From Gemmatimonadota bacterium (GTDB lineage: Bacteria > Gemmatimonadota > Gemmatimonadetes > Palauibacterales > KS3-K002), in assembly GCA_039586795.1 (NCBI GenBank), contig JBDHJS010000032.1, positions 1-64,000 of the forward strand: 64,000 nucleotides of DNA. The letters are read 5' to 3'. Both the position numbers and the translations under genes were made by a program. Positions 1 through 8,758 of the stretch are shown one piece after another; the first letter of the stretch is position 1, and each line of letters begins with the position of its first letter. The notes under the pieces were generated by a model. The model was not told the DNA's origin, did no database searches, and saw only the letters and a list, made by a program, of their open reading frames with translations.

Positions 1-1
1 G

Positions 2-445
2 GAGCTGTCGGCTGATGGGAAGCGTTCACGGGAGGTTGAGGATGCGATCGCCGAAGCGGCGATCCACTCGCGGGATGCCTACACGCGCCTCCTGTTCATC
101 CGCGACAACATCAGCCTTGATCAATTCGTTGATGGCGCTCGTGAGAACTTGGATCGTGTCGCCAAGGCGGGGATCATCTCCGAGGATCACGTCGAGCATG
201 TCGTGGCCAGTCTGCCGGTCTGGTACGCGTTTCTGGCGGAGCGAAAGATCCGTAAGGGCGATCGGATGCACTACCGGGTTCACGGCGATACTCTTCACTC
301 GCAGTATGTCGGAGTTGATGGAGAGATGCTGCTGGATCAGAAAGACGTTGGCGAATCGCCGCGCCTGGCCCAATTGGGCAACTACTTTGTGCGCGGGTCG
401 AGCTACCGGGAGAAGCTGATCAAGTCACTCTTCTCCGAGCATTAG
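2..445 (+). CDS. 5'-truncated hypothetical protein, paralogue of 43409..44065 (possibly chalcone-isomerase-like fold)
   Basis: Frame is open from base 2 (ELSADGKRSREVEDAIAEAAIHSRDAYTRLLF...REKLIKSLFSEH*) and aligns by eye with the 43409 protein. Confidence 0.7.
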   Translation, partial: ELSADGKRSREVEDAIAEAAIHSRDAYTRLLFIRDNISLDQFVDGARENLDRVAKAGIISEDHVEHVVASLPVWYAFLAERKIRKGDRMHYRVHGDTLHSQYVGVDGEMLLDQKDVGESPRLAQLGNYFVRGSSYREKLIKSLFSEH

Positions 446-454
446 TGAATCACG

Positions 455-1745
455 CTAGCCCCCTGGCGGGCAAGACGTGTTCAGGTCTTCCACCGATCCT
501 TCTTCCACAAGTTGATGTTCCGCCGCGAGCGTACAGGGACCGTTCTCGCCGTGACCACCCATCGGAACGAGCTAACGGGGTCGTGGAAGCCGGGCGGCAA
601 TGTGCCGATAGGCCAATCGCTACATGCGGCACGGTAGCGGTTGATCAATTCCGGTCCCAGCAGAGTACCGGCGGTTAGTGTCTGGACCTGTTGGTCGGTG
701 GTGGAGGAGATGCCCTCGGTGCACAGCATCGACAGATGCAGACCTGTCGCGAAGGTCTCGCTTGCCACCCAGAGCGAGCGTTCGATAGCGTAGTCGGCAA
801 AGCGCCAGAGATCGTCAGCCAGCCAGGCCTCCCAGGTCCAGGGCACGATTTCATCAGCTAGCTCACCGTACAGCATCCCACGGTCCCGCTCGGCAGCTGG
901 ACCTGGATGGGTCCGCTATCGAAGTTGGCCACCAGGCCCCAAAACTTGCCCCGGATGTCGGGATAGTTGACGGAGCACGTCGCATCGCTCTCGCACTCAT
1001 CGAACACAATGTCCAGCGCGGTATCGACGTTCGCGGCGCCGTGCAGGTAGATGTTCCGGTCAAGCGGAGCGACGGCATTCATCACCGCGGTGCGGACCAT
1101 GTCGGGGTGACGTTTCATGAAGGTTTGCACCGTCCGCGTGCCGTAGGATGCACCGTTCAGGTTCACCGTCTCGAAACCCAGAGCTTCCAGAACGTCAACT
1201 ATGTCGTCGACCGCGTGGTGTGTCGAATAGAGGGTCAGGTCGGCGTATTGCGACAGCTGCTGGCGGCATGCCGTTACGTGGTCGGGCGGAAAGAGCGTCC
1301 CGAGTACCGAAGCAGCGCCGCTGGGAAGCGGTCCGCCGCAGATCAACGGATGGGAGACGCCGGTACCTCGCTGGTCGATGAAGATCAGGTCACGGTTGTC
1401 ACGGATATCGGCGTAGTCCGAGCGGGTCGAGAGTATCAGGGACGTGACGGCCTGCCCGGGCCCCCCGGCAAAGAATACGATAGGGTCGGGCTCCGGATTC
1501 GCCCCGGTCGCTGCGAGTATGACCAGGCCAAGGCTGATAGCGCGCCCCGAGCTCGCTTCACGATTCTCGAACACGGTGTAGGTGCCGCAGAGCCCATCGG
1601 TTACCCCTGGGATCGAGCAGACCCCGAGGTCGGGAAAGCGATCGCTGCCCGGAATGACAGGCTGCGTGCTATCGTCACACCCGGGGAGCAGGGCGATGAC
1701 GGCGAAGAGCACGAATGCACGGGCCCGAAGCGGATGTCGGTTCAT
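455..1745 (-). pseudogene. TAP-like alpha/beta hydrolase lipoprotein in three frames (858..1745, ~571..876, 455..571); real pseudogene or mis-assembly
   Basis: ATG 1745, lipobox LLPGC, GGPG, DQRGTG and GASYG nucleophile motifs. The second frame continues RGMLYG...GFHDPVSS. The third frame reads LVPMGGHGENGPC...DLNTSC*. Confidence 0.8.
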
Positions 1746-2068
1746 GACTTGTTCAAGCGAGCGGCCGCGCTCGCGATCCGGGTACCATCCGGCGACCAGC
1801 GGGCGCCGTAACCGTCTGTGAGGAACCGGTTCCGGGTACCATCGGTGTTCATCACCCACAACGCCGACTTCCGCCGGTCGTTGACTTTGTCGACCCAGCG
1901 ACGGGTGTAGATGATCTGGCTGCCATCGGGGGAAATCTGTGGGCCAGAGACGCTCTCGAACTCCAGGTAGAGATCGAGGGTCAACCGGCTGGGGTCTTCG
2001 TCCTGTGCGGCTGCGGTCTGGGGCAGCGCAGCGGCCAGAACGAGGCAGGCCAGTAGGACGCGCTTCAT
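1742..2068 (-). pseudogene. N-terminal fragment of an S9 prolyl-oligopeptidase-family peptidase
   Basis: AAGGAGG RBS, signal peptide, two SPDG propeller repeats, then a stop after 108 aa with no catalytic domain. Confidence 0.75.
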
Positions 2069-2198
2069 CGGCGGCCTCCTTGCTCGGGGTGAGGTTGGCG
2101 GCGCTGATACACTAGAGCCGTAGCCCCTCGCATTCAAGCTCGGCGGCCGGAGCGTTGGAATCTGCTGTTTTGCGTGATTGAAGTGTTCGTTGGGGTCT

Positions 2199-2693
2199 TC
2201 AGTCCAGCCGGCTCTCCACCTCCGACTGTCCGGCGATGATGAACGCCACCAGCGACGCCTCGATCGCCCAGTCGAGGGTGTAACTCATCAGCGTTGACTG
2301 ACGCAGCATCTCGGGTTCGCCTTCCCCTGTCCGTAGCTGCCTCTCAGCTAGGACCAGGTGAATGGCGCGACGTAGCATCTGCCAATGAAGCAGCAACGCC
2401 GACTCGGGTGCCCCGGCCTCGCGATAGCGACGCCCGACCTTTTCGGCAAACGCATAACTTGGGACTTCGTCACCGAGTCGCTTCCAGGTTGCGGCTCCCA
2501 GATTGGCGGCGAGCGCCGCGACATCGTCAGGGATCACAGTGGAACTGAAGGCTCGATACGGTAGGTTGGAAGCAATGATCTTGTAGCGGTTGGCGATGTC
2601 ATCGGCGCCATGAATCAGCGCCTCAACGACTGAGACGTTGTCACTGACCTCATTTGCTTCAGCCCTAGCCGAAGTGATCCTGTAGTTTGGCAC
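2199..2693 (-). CDS. Hypothetical helical protein, possibly RsbRD N-terminal (globin-like) domain
   Basis: GTG 2693 after GGGGGAGA; the segment VGRRYREAG...LLLHWQMLRRAI resembles that domain family. Confidence 0.6.
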   Translation of the reverse strand: MPNYRITSARAEANEVSDNVSVVEALIHGADDIANRYKIIASNLPYRAFSSTVIPDDVAALAANLGAATWKRLGDEVPSYAFAEKVGRRYREAGAPESALLLHWQMLRRAIHLVLAERQLRTGEGEPEMLRQSTLMSYTLDWAIEASLVAFIIAGQSEVESRLD

Positions 2694-2775
2694 GACAGTG
2701 TCTCCCCCATGGAAAATGGGTTGTATATGGAGTCCGTTTGTGGGGGATGCCGGGTGAACAGGCAGGGACTCCTTG

Positions 2776-2804
2776 ACTTTACTGTATTTGCGGGAAGGTG
2801 TCAA
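2776..2804 (-). promoter_or_regulatory. sigma70-type promoter
   Basis: Minus strand TTGACA-17 nt-TAAAGT upstream of the 2693 start. Confidence 0.6.
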
Positions 2805-2945
2805 GCGCGGAAGTTAGTCCGGGTATTGAAGTTACGGGTCGCTTAACGTTTATTGGTCAGCGGCCATCATACAAGTGGAGATCGGAAGGATCCGCAAGCC
2901 CGGCTAACCCGCCGAGCAGGGCGGTATCCCAAAGGGAGGGAAAAG

Positions 2946-4094
2946 ATGCTGAAGCACCGCAGTATCACACTCTTGCTGGCAATCATGATGGCCGGTTGGC
3001 TGGCGGCCTGTGATGAGTCCAGCGAGATCCTGAATGCTCCGGGAACGGAGGGGGCGGAGCTCGACCTGGCGGTCGACACTGACCTGACCGAGGCGCTGTT
3101 GGCGGATGCTAGGGCCGCGCTGGACGCCGTGGATGCGGCTGTGCCCACGGGTCCGGGAGATGTAACGGACCAGTTGGTTACGCCGAACGTGGACAACCTG
3201 GATGCCGCGCGCGCTCTACTGGAGCAGGCGCGGGAGAAGTTCATCGAGGCGAACCGAGCTTGGCGACACGGAGACACGGAGTTAGCGGCGCAGCTGGCTC
3301 TCGAGGCACGTCTTCTCATCGCGCAGGCGCTCGTGCTCGTCTTCGGCGAGGACGCGTACAACGACCTTCTCATGCGCGTCGATAACATCATCGCCTGGCT
3401 GGAAGAGGAGGTCGATGGGCAAGCCTCGGAGCTACTGAGTCGTATCAGAGAGCTTCGCGATGAGGCAGTTGCGATTCGTGAGGAAGACCCGGATTCCGAG
3501 GACAACTTGATCCGAGCAACGGAGCGTCTGCTCCTGGCGTTGCAGATCGCGCACCGCGAGCGAGTGCAACATCGGCACCAGGAGATGGCGCAGCACGCCA
3601 GGCACTCAATCTTCATGGCGAGTGTGGCTATTGATCTGGCGCTCGATATCGTCGGCGACGATCCGAACGAGCGGCAGGGCTATGCTCTACGTCATGCGGC
3701 CTTCCTTAGGAACAATGCCGTGCAGAAGTTCGAGGCCGGGCGGTTCAGCCTCGCCTTTGCCCTGGCGCGGGAATCGGTGAACCTGTCGCTGGTTGCCGTG
3801 CTGCTCGAGCCGGGCAGTGATGTCGACAAGATCTCTTACATGGTCGGCGTGAGCGACGCCGCGATAGCTGCCGCACAGGAAGTGATCACGAGCTTCGATG
3901 CCGCAGGGTTCTTGCCGAGACTGCTGCAACATGCGCAAATGCTGCAGGACCATGCCCTCGAGATTGCGAACAGGGAGCCGCGCAAGGCGGTTCACCTGCT
4001 CTGGCATTCGTCGATAACGGCATGGGCTGTGGTGCTGATGGCGGAAGAGATGGGGCCGGGTGGTGGTCCGGGTCCAGGCGGCCAACAGCCGTAA
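2946..4094 (+). CDS. Alpha-helical repeat lipoprotein, function unknown
   Basis: GGGAGG RBS, lipobox LAAC, several Ala/Leu-rich helical hairpin repeats. Confidence 0.8.
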   Translation: MLKHRSITLLLAIMMAGWLAACDESSEILNAPGTEGAELDLAVDTDLTEALLADARAALDAVDAAVPTGPGDVTDQLVTPNVDNLDAARALLEQAREKFIEANRAWRHGDTELAAQLALEARLLIAQALVLVFGEDAYNDLLMRVDNIIAWLEEEVDGQASELLSRIRELRDEAVAIREEDPDSEDNLIRATERLLLALQIAHRERVQHRHQEMAQHARHSIFMASVAIDLALDIVGDDPNERQGYALRHAAFLRNNAVQKFEAGRFSLAFALARESVNLSLVAVLLEPGSDVDKISYMVGVSDAAIAAAQEVITSFDAAGFLPRLLQHAQMLQDHALEIANREPRKAVHLLWHSSITAWAVVLMAEEMGPGGGPGPGGQQP

Positions 4095-4119
4095 CGATAA
4101 CGCGCGATCAGAATCGCAG

Positions 4120-4149
4120 AGAGCCGCTGCCCTACCGGGTAGCGGCTCT
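4120..4149. terminator. Hairpin between convergent genes
   Basis: AGAGCCGCTGCCC-tacc-GGGTAGCGGCTCT. Confidence 0.65.
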
Positions 4150-4156
4150 TCGCGTG

Positions 4157-4681
4157 TTACGGCAGCTGTCCCTCGGTCTCGAGACGCAACAACCGGATCT
4201 TCTCCGGCGTTCCGTTCGGCCCGGCGTAGCCACCGGGCGTGCCGTCCGACCGGATGATGCGATGGCACGGAATGAAGAGGGGCAGGGGGTTGGCGCGAAG
4301 CGCGTTGCCGACCGCCCTGGCGGCGCCGGGTCGACCGATGCGGCGCGCCAGTTCCGCGTATGTGATCGTGTCTCCGTAAGGGATGGCACGCGCTTCTTCG
4401 AGCACCAAACGCTCGAAGGCGCTCGCGCTCGACAGATCGACTGGCGCATCCATCTTTGCGCGCTCTCCGTCCAGGTAGATCCGGAGTTGGCTTTCGATAA
4501 CTGTCTGGCTCCCGTTGTCCCTCACGATCTCGTCGCCAGCCCGTTGATGGGCAAGATCGCGCTCGAACTCACGGTCACCGCTGACCAGCCAGGTCAACTT
4601 GCAGAGGCCGCGCTCGCTGGATGCTGCGTAGACCACGCCCAGCCGAGTTGCGAAGCTGTCCCATCGAATCGTCTTGGTCAC
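4157..4681 (-). CDS. ogt: Methylated-DNA--protein-cysteine methyltransferase
   Basis: AARAVG and IPCHR active-site motifs. Confidence 0.93.
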   Translation of the reverse strand: MTKTIRWDSFATRLGVVYAASSERGLCKLTWLVSGDREFERDLAHQRAGDEIVRDNGSQTVIESQLRIYLDGERAKMDAPVDLSSASAFERLVLEEARAIPYGDTITYAELARRIGRPGAARAVGNALRANPLPLFIPCHRIIRSDGTPGGYAGPNGTPEKIRLLRLETEGQLP

Positions 4682-4684
4682 AGA

Positions 4685-5689
4685 TCAATCTTTGTTTCGC
4701 CGCCGAGCCCTGACTTCCTGAAGGTAGTTATCGAGGGTCAGGAACTTCTCGTACACGCTCACGCCCTTACCCAAGCGGCCGATCTCGGCGAGCAGGTCCT
4801 TCAAGCGCCCGCGGCGGATCACGTAGAACCGGAAGGTCTCCGCGAAGTCCTCCTGTGGATGCTTGGACGCGTAAGCCGTGACGTGGTTGACGGGCGTCGT
4901 CGATAGGTTCCGTTTGCGAAACGAGACCCAACTCTCGTCTACCCCACGGTATGCTTTGTCCACGTCACCAAACGCATCGTGGAAGCGCTGCGAACGAGCG
5001 AACCGCCAGTGGTGGTAGAGGAAGCTGTGACCGAGTTCGTGCGTGATCAGACCGACCATCGCGGGCCAGGACACCTGATCTCTGGGCTGAACCAGACGCC
5101 GCTCGATCTCGACGATCTTTGGGTACTTGGGGTCAACACCAGAGATCCCCGGCCTCAACAGTATACGGAAGCCCCAGTCGGGAACGCGCGTCTTGCGCAG
5201 CAGCTGGCGAACCCGTCTGATCGCCGGTGCCAGCAGGTTTTGTCCGGTGGCGTCCTTCCCGCACCACGGGCAGTAGTCCATCTGGTCGTCGACGCCGCCA
5301 TCGCAGTGCGGACAGACACCCTGGAATTCGCCCGAGTAAGACCAGTAGTTCACACGGCCGCACCACGGGCAGTGGTGCATGGGGTACTGCATGCCGCCCT
5401 GACAACTCTTGAATGAGCAGCGCGCATGGAACTGAAAACCGCGCGGCCGCTTGAGCGGGACGTCGCTGGATGCTTCGTCGACGATACGTTTGCCGCACCA
5501 GGGGCAGTACGAGAAGCTGTCGGAGACAATCCAGCCGCAGTAATAGCACTCGCAGCCGGTGACCTGGTCGTCATCGCCCCACGTCTGATGCTTGCCGCAA
5601 TCGGGGCAGAAATACCAGTAGCGGCGGAGCTCACGACTGCACCGAGTGCAATAACTGGCGGCCCAGCTCTCGAACTTAGGTAGCTTCAT
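4685..5689 (-). CDS. Zinc-ribbon-repeat protein fused to a putative zinc metallopeptidase (Peptidase_Mx-like)
   Basis: Four CxxC...CPxC ribbons, then HELGH and YASKHPQEDFAETF; ATG 5689 overlaps the end of the ATP-grasp gene. Confidence 0.85.
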   Translation of the reverse strand: MKLPKFESWAASYCTRCSRELRRYWYFCPDCGKHQTWGDDDQVTGCECYYCGWIVSDSFSYCPWCGKRIVDEASSDVPLKRPRGFQFHARCSFKSCQGGMQYPMHHCPWCGRVNYWSYSGEFQGVCPHCDGGVDDQMDYCPWCGKDATGQNLLAPAIRRVRQLLRKTRVPDWGFRILLRPGISGVDPKYPKIVEIERRLVQPRDQVSWPAMVGLITHELGHSFLYHHWRFARSQRFHDAFGDVDKAYRGVDESWVSFRKRNLSTTPVNHVTAYASKHPQEDFAETFRFYVIRRGRLKDLLAEIGRLGKGVSVYEKFLTLDNYLQEVRARRRNKD

Positions 5690-6686
5690 ACCGGGCGAGT
5701 GCCTCCTTGACGATGCGTTCGATGAACGCGTAGTAGTCGAGCCCCAGGCGCTCGGCGGCATTGGCCATGTCTTCGCCGAATGCGATGTATGGGTTCGGGT
5801 TTACTTCCAGCACGTAAATCTCCTGATCGCTCGTGAGGCGCAGATCGATCCGGGCATAGTCGCAGAGCCCGTGTGCCTCGAATGCAATACGGCATGCCCG
5901 CTCTATTTCCCTCATCGCCGCGTCGCCGATCCGGCGCGCGAACACGTTCTTAATTCCCCAGCGCTCGCGGTACTTGAGATCCCACTTGGCGCTGTAGGTG
6001 GCGATGCGCGTGCTTCGATCGTCTATCTTGTCGAACGTCATCTCGACTACTGGAAGAATCTGAGGCTTCCTGTTTCCGATCATGCCGACATAGAGTTCGC
6101 GGCCCTCGATCAACTGCTCGGCTATGGCAGGCTGTTGAAGCTTCCGGTGGATGAACTGAACGCGCTCCGTCAAGCTGTCGGCGTCGGTCACTACCGAAGA
6201 CTGGGAGATCCCGACAGACGCGTCCTCGTGCATCGGCTTTACGATCAGCGGGAAGGGAATGTCCGCCGGCGGCGTGATTTCGCCGTTCGCCGCGTAGACC
6301 TCGAAGCGAGGGACCTGAACGGAATGATACTCCAGAACCTTTTTGCTGGTCGCTTTGTCCCGGGCCAGCAGCAGCGCCTCGGGGGGGGAACCGGTGTATT
6401 TGTACCCCTTCATCTCGAGAAGCGCCGTCACGCCGTAGTCGTAGCGCGCCTTCCCCATATAGGATTCGGTGCAATTGAATACGAGCTCCGGCTCGAACTC
6501 CTCGAGTCGATCCAGCAGGCGGCGCAGGTTGGCGTGGAACCCGATCAGATAGACGTCGTGGCCGTTTTCCATGAGTGCCTCGGCGACCTCATATTCGGCT
6601 TCCGGAACCTCGGCCTCGACCTCTTGCTTGAAGTCCTCGTCCTCCAACCCCGCAGCCGGCGTGTCGAATACGACCGCGATCTTCAT
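5676..6686 (-). CDS. ATP-grasp amidoligase, D-Ala-D-Ala ligase-like
   Basis: IVKP..EDASVGI, EQLIEGRE, DYARIDLR and LEVNPNP motifs; GAGGGAGG RBS. Confidence 0.88.
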   Translation of the reverse strand: MKIAVVFDTPAAGLEDEDFKQEVEAEVPEAEYEVAEALMENGHDVYLIGFHANLRRLLDRLEEFEPELVFNCTESYMGKARYDYGVTALLEMKGYKYTGSPPEALLLARDKATSKKVLEYHSVQVPRFEVYAANGEITPPADIPFPLIVKPMHEDASVGISQSSVVTDADSLTERVQFIHRKLQQPAIAEQLIEGRELYVGMIGNRKPQILPVVEMTFDKIDDRSTRIATYSAKWDLKYRERWGIKNVFARRIGDAAMREIERACRIAFEAHGLCDYARIDLRLTSDQEIYVLEVNPNPYIAFGEDMANAAERLGLDYYAFIERIVKEALARYEAT

Positions 6687-6881
6687 CGATCCCTCCCTCA
6701 GAGGACATGCTAGTATAGGATGTTAGGCAACGCGGTGAGATGGCAACAGTGGGAGTTTGTGAGGAACGCTGGGCGCGACTGAGGGGAAAAGCAAAGCGCC
6801 GTCGCAAATGGGTTGGTCAACCCGCGGGTATTGCGACAGCGCCTTTAGTGTCTCGTATCATCAGTCCCAGATCAACATGGT

Positions 6882-7082
6882 TTAGCTCTCTTCTCGTGTT
6901 ACGCCACGGGATCCCACCGATAGCGCCGGCCCGATTCCCGGCCGAGGGTGTCCATTCTCTTTCGCCCTGGATTCGTACCAGGCGAACGGGAGTTCGCAAG
7001 CTGGGCACACGACCCAGTCACCATAAAAGTCGCTGCGGACGTGGTCTCTTATCCGGTTGCAGTGTGGGCATCTGAGCAGCAT
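6882..7082 (-). CDS. 66-aa zinc-ribbon microprotein
   Basis: CPHC-x17-CPAC; AAGGAG RBS; own sigma54 promoter. Confidence 0.75.
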   Translation of the reverse strand: MLLRCPHCNRIRDHVRSDFYGDWVVCPACELPFAWYESRAKENGHPRPGIGPALSVGSRGVTREES

Positions 7083-7130
7083 TTGAGAGTTTCTCCTTTA
7101 CCAGACGGGGGCGCCGCTGCCGTGTGATAA

Positions 7131-7147
7131 GGCAGAGCCCGTGCCAG
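7131..7147 (-). promoter_or_regulatory. sigma54 -24/-12 promoter
   Basis: Minus strand CTGGCACGGGCTCTGCC with GG-N10-GC spacing. Confidence 0.8.
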
Positions 7148-7173
7148 CGAAGGGCGTGCGGATCCCGACCTTA

Positions 7174-7186
7174 TAACTCGTTGTTA
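7174..7186 (-). promoter_or_regulatory. Putative IHF site
   Basis: TAACAACGAGTTA, one mismatch to WATCAANNNNTTR, in an AT-rich patch between the UAS and the promoter. Confidence 0.6.
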
Positions 7187-7224
7187 TGTAAGATGATATG
7201 TCGCTGACCGCTCGACGCTCCCGA

Positions 7225-7274
7225 CGGTTACCCTGGGGTTCGATGTTACCAAACAGTAACAGCTGACGTAACCG
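7225..7274. promoter_or_regulatory. Putative enhancer (UAS) for a sigma54 activator
   Basis: TGTTAC-N6-GTAACA (7244..7261) nested inside CGGTTAC...GTAACCG. Confidence 0.6.
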
Positions 7275-7303
7275 TGGGTGAAATCAGGGTGGCTGCAGCC
7301 GGG

Positions 7304-8677
7304 TCAGGAGAGGCCGTACTTCTTCCGCTTTTCCCAGAGGTTCTTGCGGGAGATCCCGAGACTCTCCGCGGCGCGTTGAACGCTGCCGCCACAAGCCTCC
7401 AGGGTCAGCCGAATGTACTCCTTTTCGGCGTCCGCCAGGGTCAGCCCTTTGCCGACGCCGAAAGCGTCTGCCGCGGCGGCCGGTTGCTGGTCGGCAATCT
7501 CGATCACGCCGAGATCCGGCAGGTCTTCGGGCCGCAGGTCGGGCCCTTCAGCGAAGATCATCGCTCGCTCGATGACGTTCCTCAGCTCGCGAACGTTGCC
7601 GGGCCAGTCCCAATCTTCGAGCTCCTTAAGAGCCTCCGGGCTGATCTTCTCGACCTGCTTTCTGAACTCCAGGTTGAACACCTCCCGGAAGTGCTCGGCG
7701 AGGATGTGCAGGTCGCCCTTCATCTCGCGCAGCGGTGTCAGCTCGTGGGTGGCGACGCTAATGCGATAGTACAGGTCCTTACGGAATTCGCCCTGGCGAA
7801 CGGCTTGCTCGAGGTCACGATTGGTGGCGGTGATGACTCGCTGGCTCACTTCGATCTCCTCGGTGCCGCCCAAGCGTCGGAAGCGTCGTGACTCGAGGAA
7901 GTTCAGCAGTTTGGCCTGAAGTTCTTGGGACAGATCTCCGATCTCATCGAGGAAGAGGGTGCCCGCGTCCGCCACCTCGATGAGGCCGCGCTTCGATTCT
8001 CGAGCATCGGTGAAAGCGCCTTTTTGGTAACCGAAAAGTTCGGCCTCCAGGAGGTTAGAAGGCAGAGCGGAGCAGTTGATCTCGACGAACCGTCCCTCGG
8101 AGTGCGGGCTCGAGTAGTGGATGGTCCGGGCGACAAGGTTCTTTCCGGTGCCGCTTTCGCCGAGCAGCAGGACCGTGGGGCGAGGGATGTCGGCGACACG
8201 CTGAACGAACTCACGGGTTTCCTCGAGCTTCGGGTCCTGGCCCAAGATGGCGCGGAGCGAGAATTCTTCCTGTCGTACCTGCTGAAGCGACGCGGCTTCC
8301 TCGCGCAAGGGCCGCACCTCGAGTTCCCGAGTGAGGAGCGTCATCAGTTCGTCCATGTTGACGGGCTTCGTCAGGTACTCGCTGGCGCCTGCCTTCAACG
8401 CTTCGATGGCCGTTTCCAGGTCGGCGTGGGCGGTGAGGACGAAGATTGGCAGGTGGGGATCGGACTGGCGGAGCCGGCGGGTCACCTCGATACCGCTCAG
8501 TCCCGGCATCACAAGATCGGTGATCACCGCATCGGGAGGTTCCTCGGTGCGGCGGTCGAACAGCTTCTGATGGTCGTCGAAGACTTCGCTTCGGACCTTG
8601 CCAGCTTTGCCGAGGTTGGCGGCAAGCAGCTTGGCGTAGGTGATGTCGTCGTCGAGGATGTAGACTTTCGGTATCAT
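7304..8677 (-). CDS. NtrC-family sigma54-dependent response regulator
   Basis: Receiver domain, GESGTGK, GAFTDA, WPGNVREL, C-terminal Fis-type HTH. Confidence 0.95.
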   Translation of the reverse strand: MIPKVYILDDDITYAKLLAANLGKAGKVRSEVFDDHQKLFDRRTEEPPDAVITDLVMPGLSGIEVTRRLRQSDPHLPIFVLTAHADLETAIEALKAGASEYLTKPVNMDELMTLLTRELEVRPLREEAASLQQVRQEEFSLRAILGQDPKLEETREFVQRVADIPRPTVLLLGESGTGKNLVARTIHYSSPHSEGRFVEINCSALPSNLLEAELFGYQKGAFTDARESKRGLIEVADAGTLFLDEIGDLSQELQAKLLNFLESRRFRRLGGTEEIEVSQRVITATNRDLEQAVRQGEFRKDLYYRISVATHELTPLREMKGDLHILAEHFREVFNLEFRKQVEKISPEALKELEDWDWPGNVRELRNVIERAMIFAEGPDLRPEDLPDLGVIEIADQQPAAAADAFGVGKGLTLADAEKEYIRLTLEACGGSVQRAAESLGISRKNLWEKRKKYGLS

Positions 8678-8758
8678 CGCTGCAATATTTGTCGACAATC
8701 GCCGAAGTAACAAGCCCGGCCCCCCAAGAGCACTCCCGCCCCGGGAAGCCAGATCCGA

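Noticed and set aside
455..900. Programmed ribosomal frameshifting in the hydrolase
   Set aside because: No slippery sequence at the junctions, and conserved residues are missing, which frameshifting would not restore
5676..6686. Housekeeping ddl
   Set aside because: It lacks the N-terminal GGxSxEHxVS motif, is not in a dcw cluster, and is coupled to a metallopeptidase
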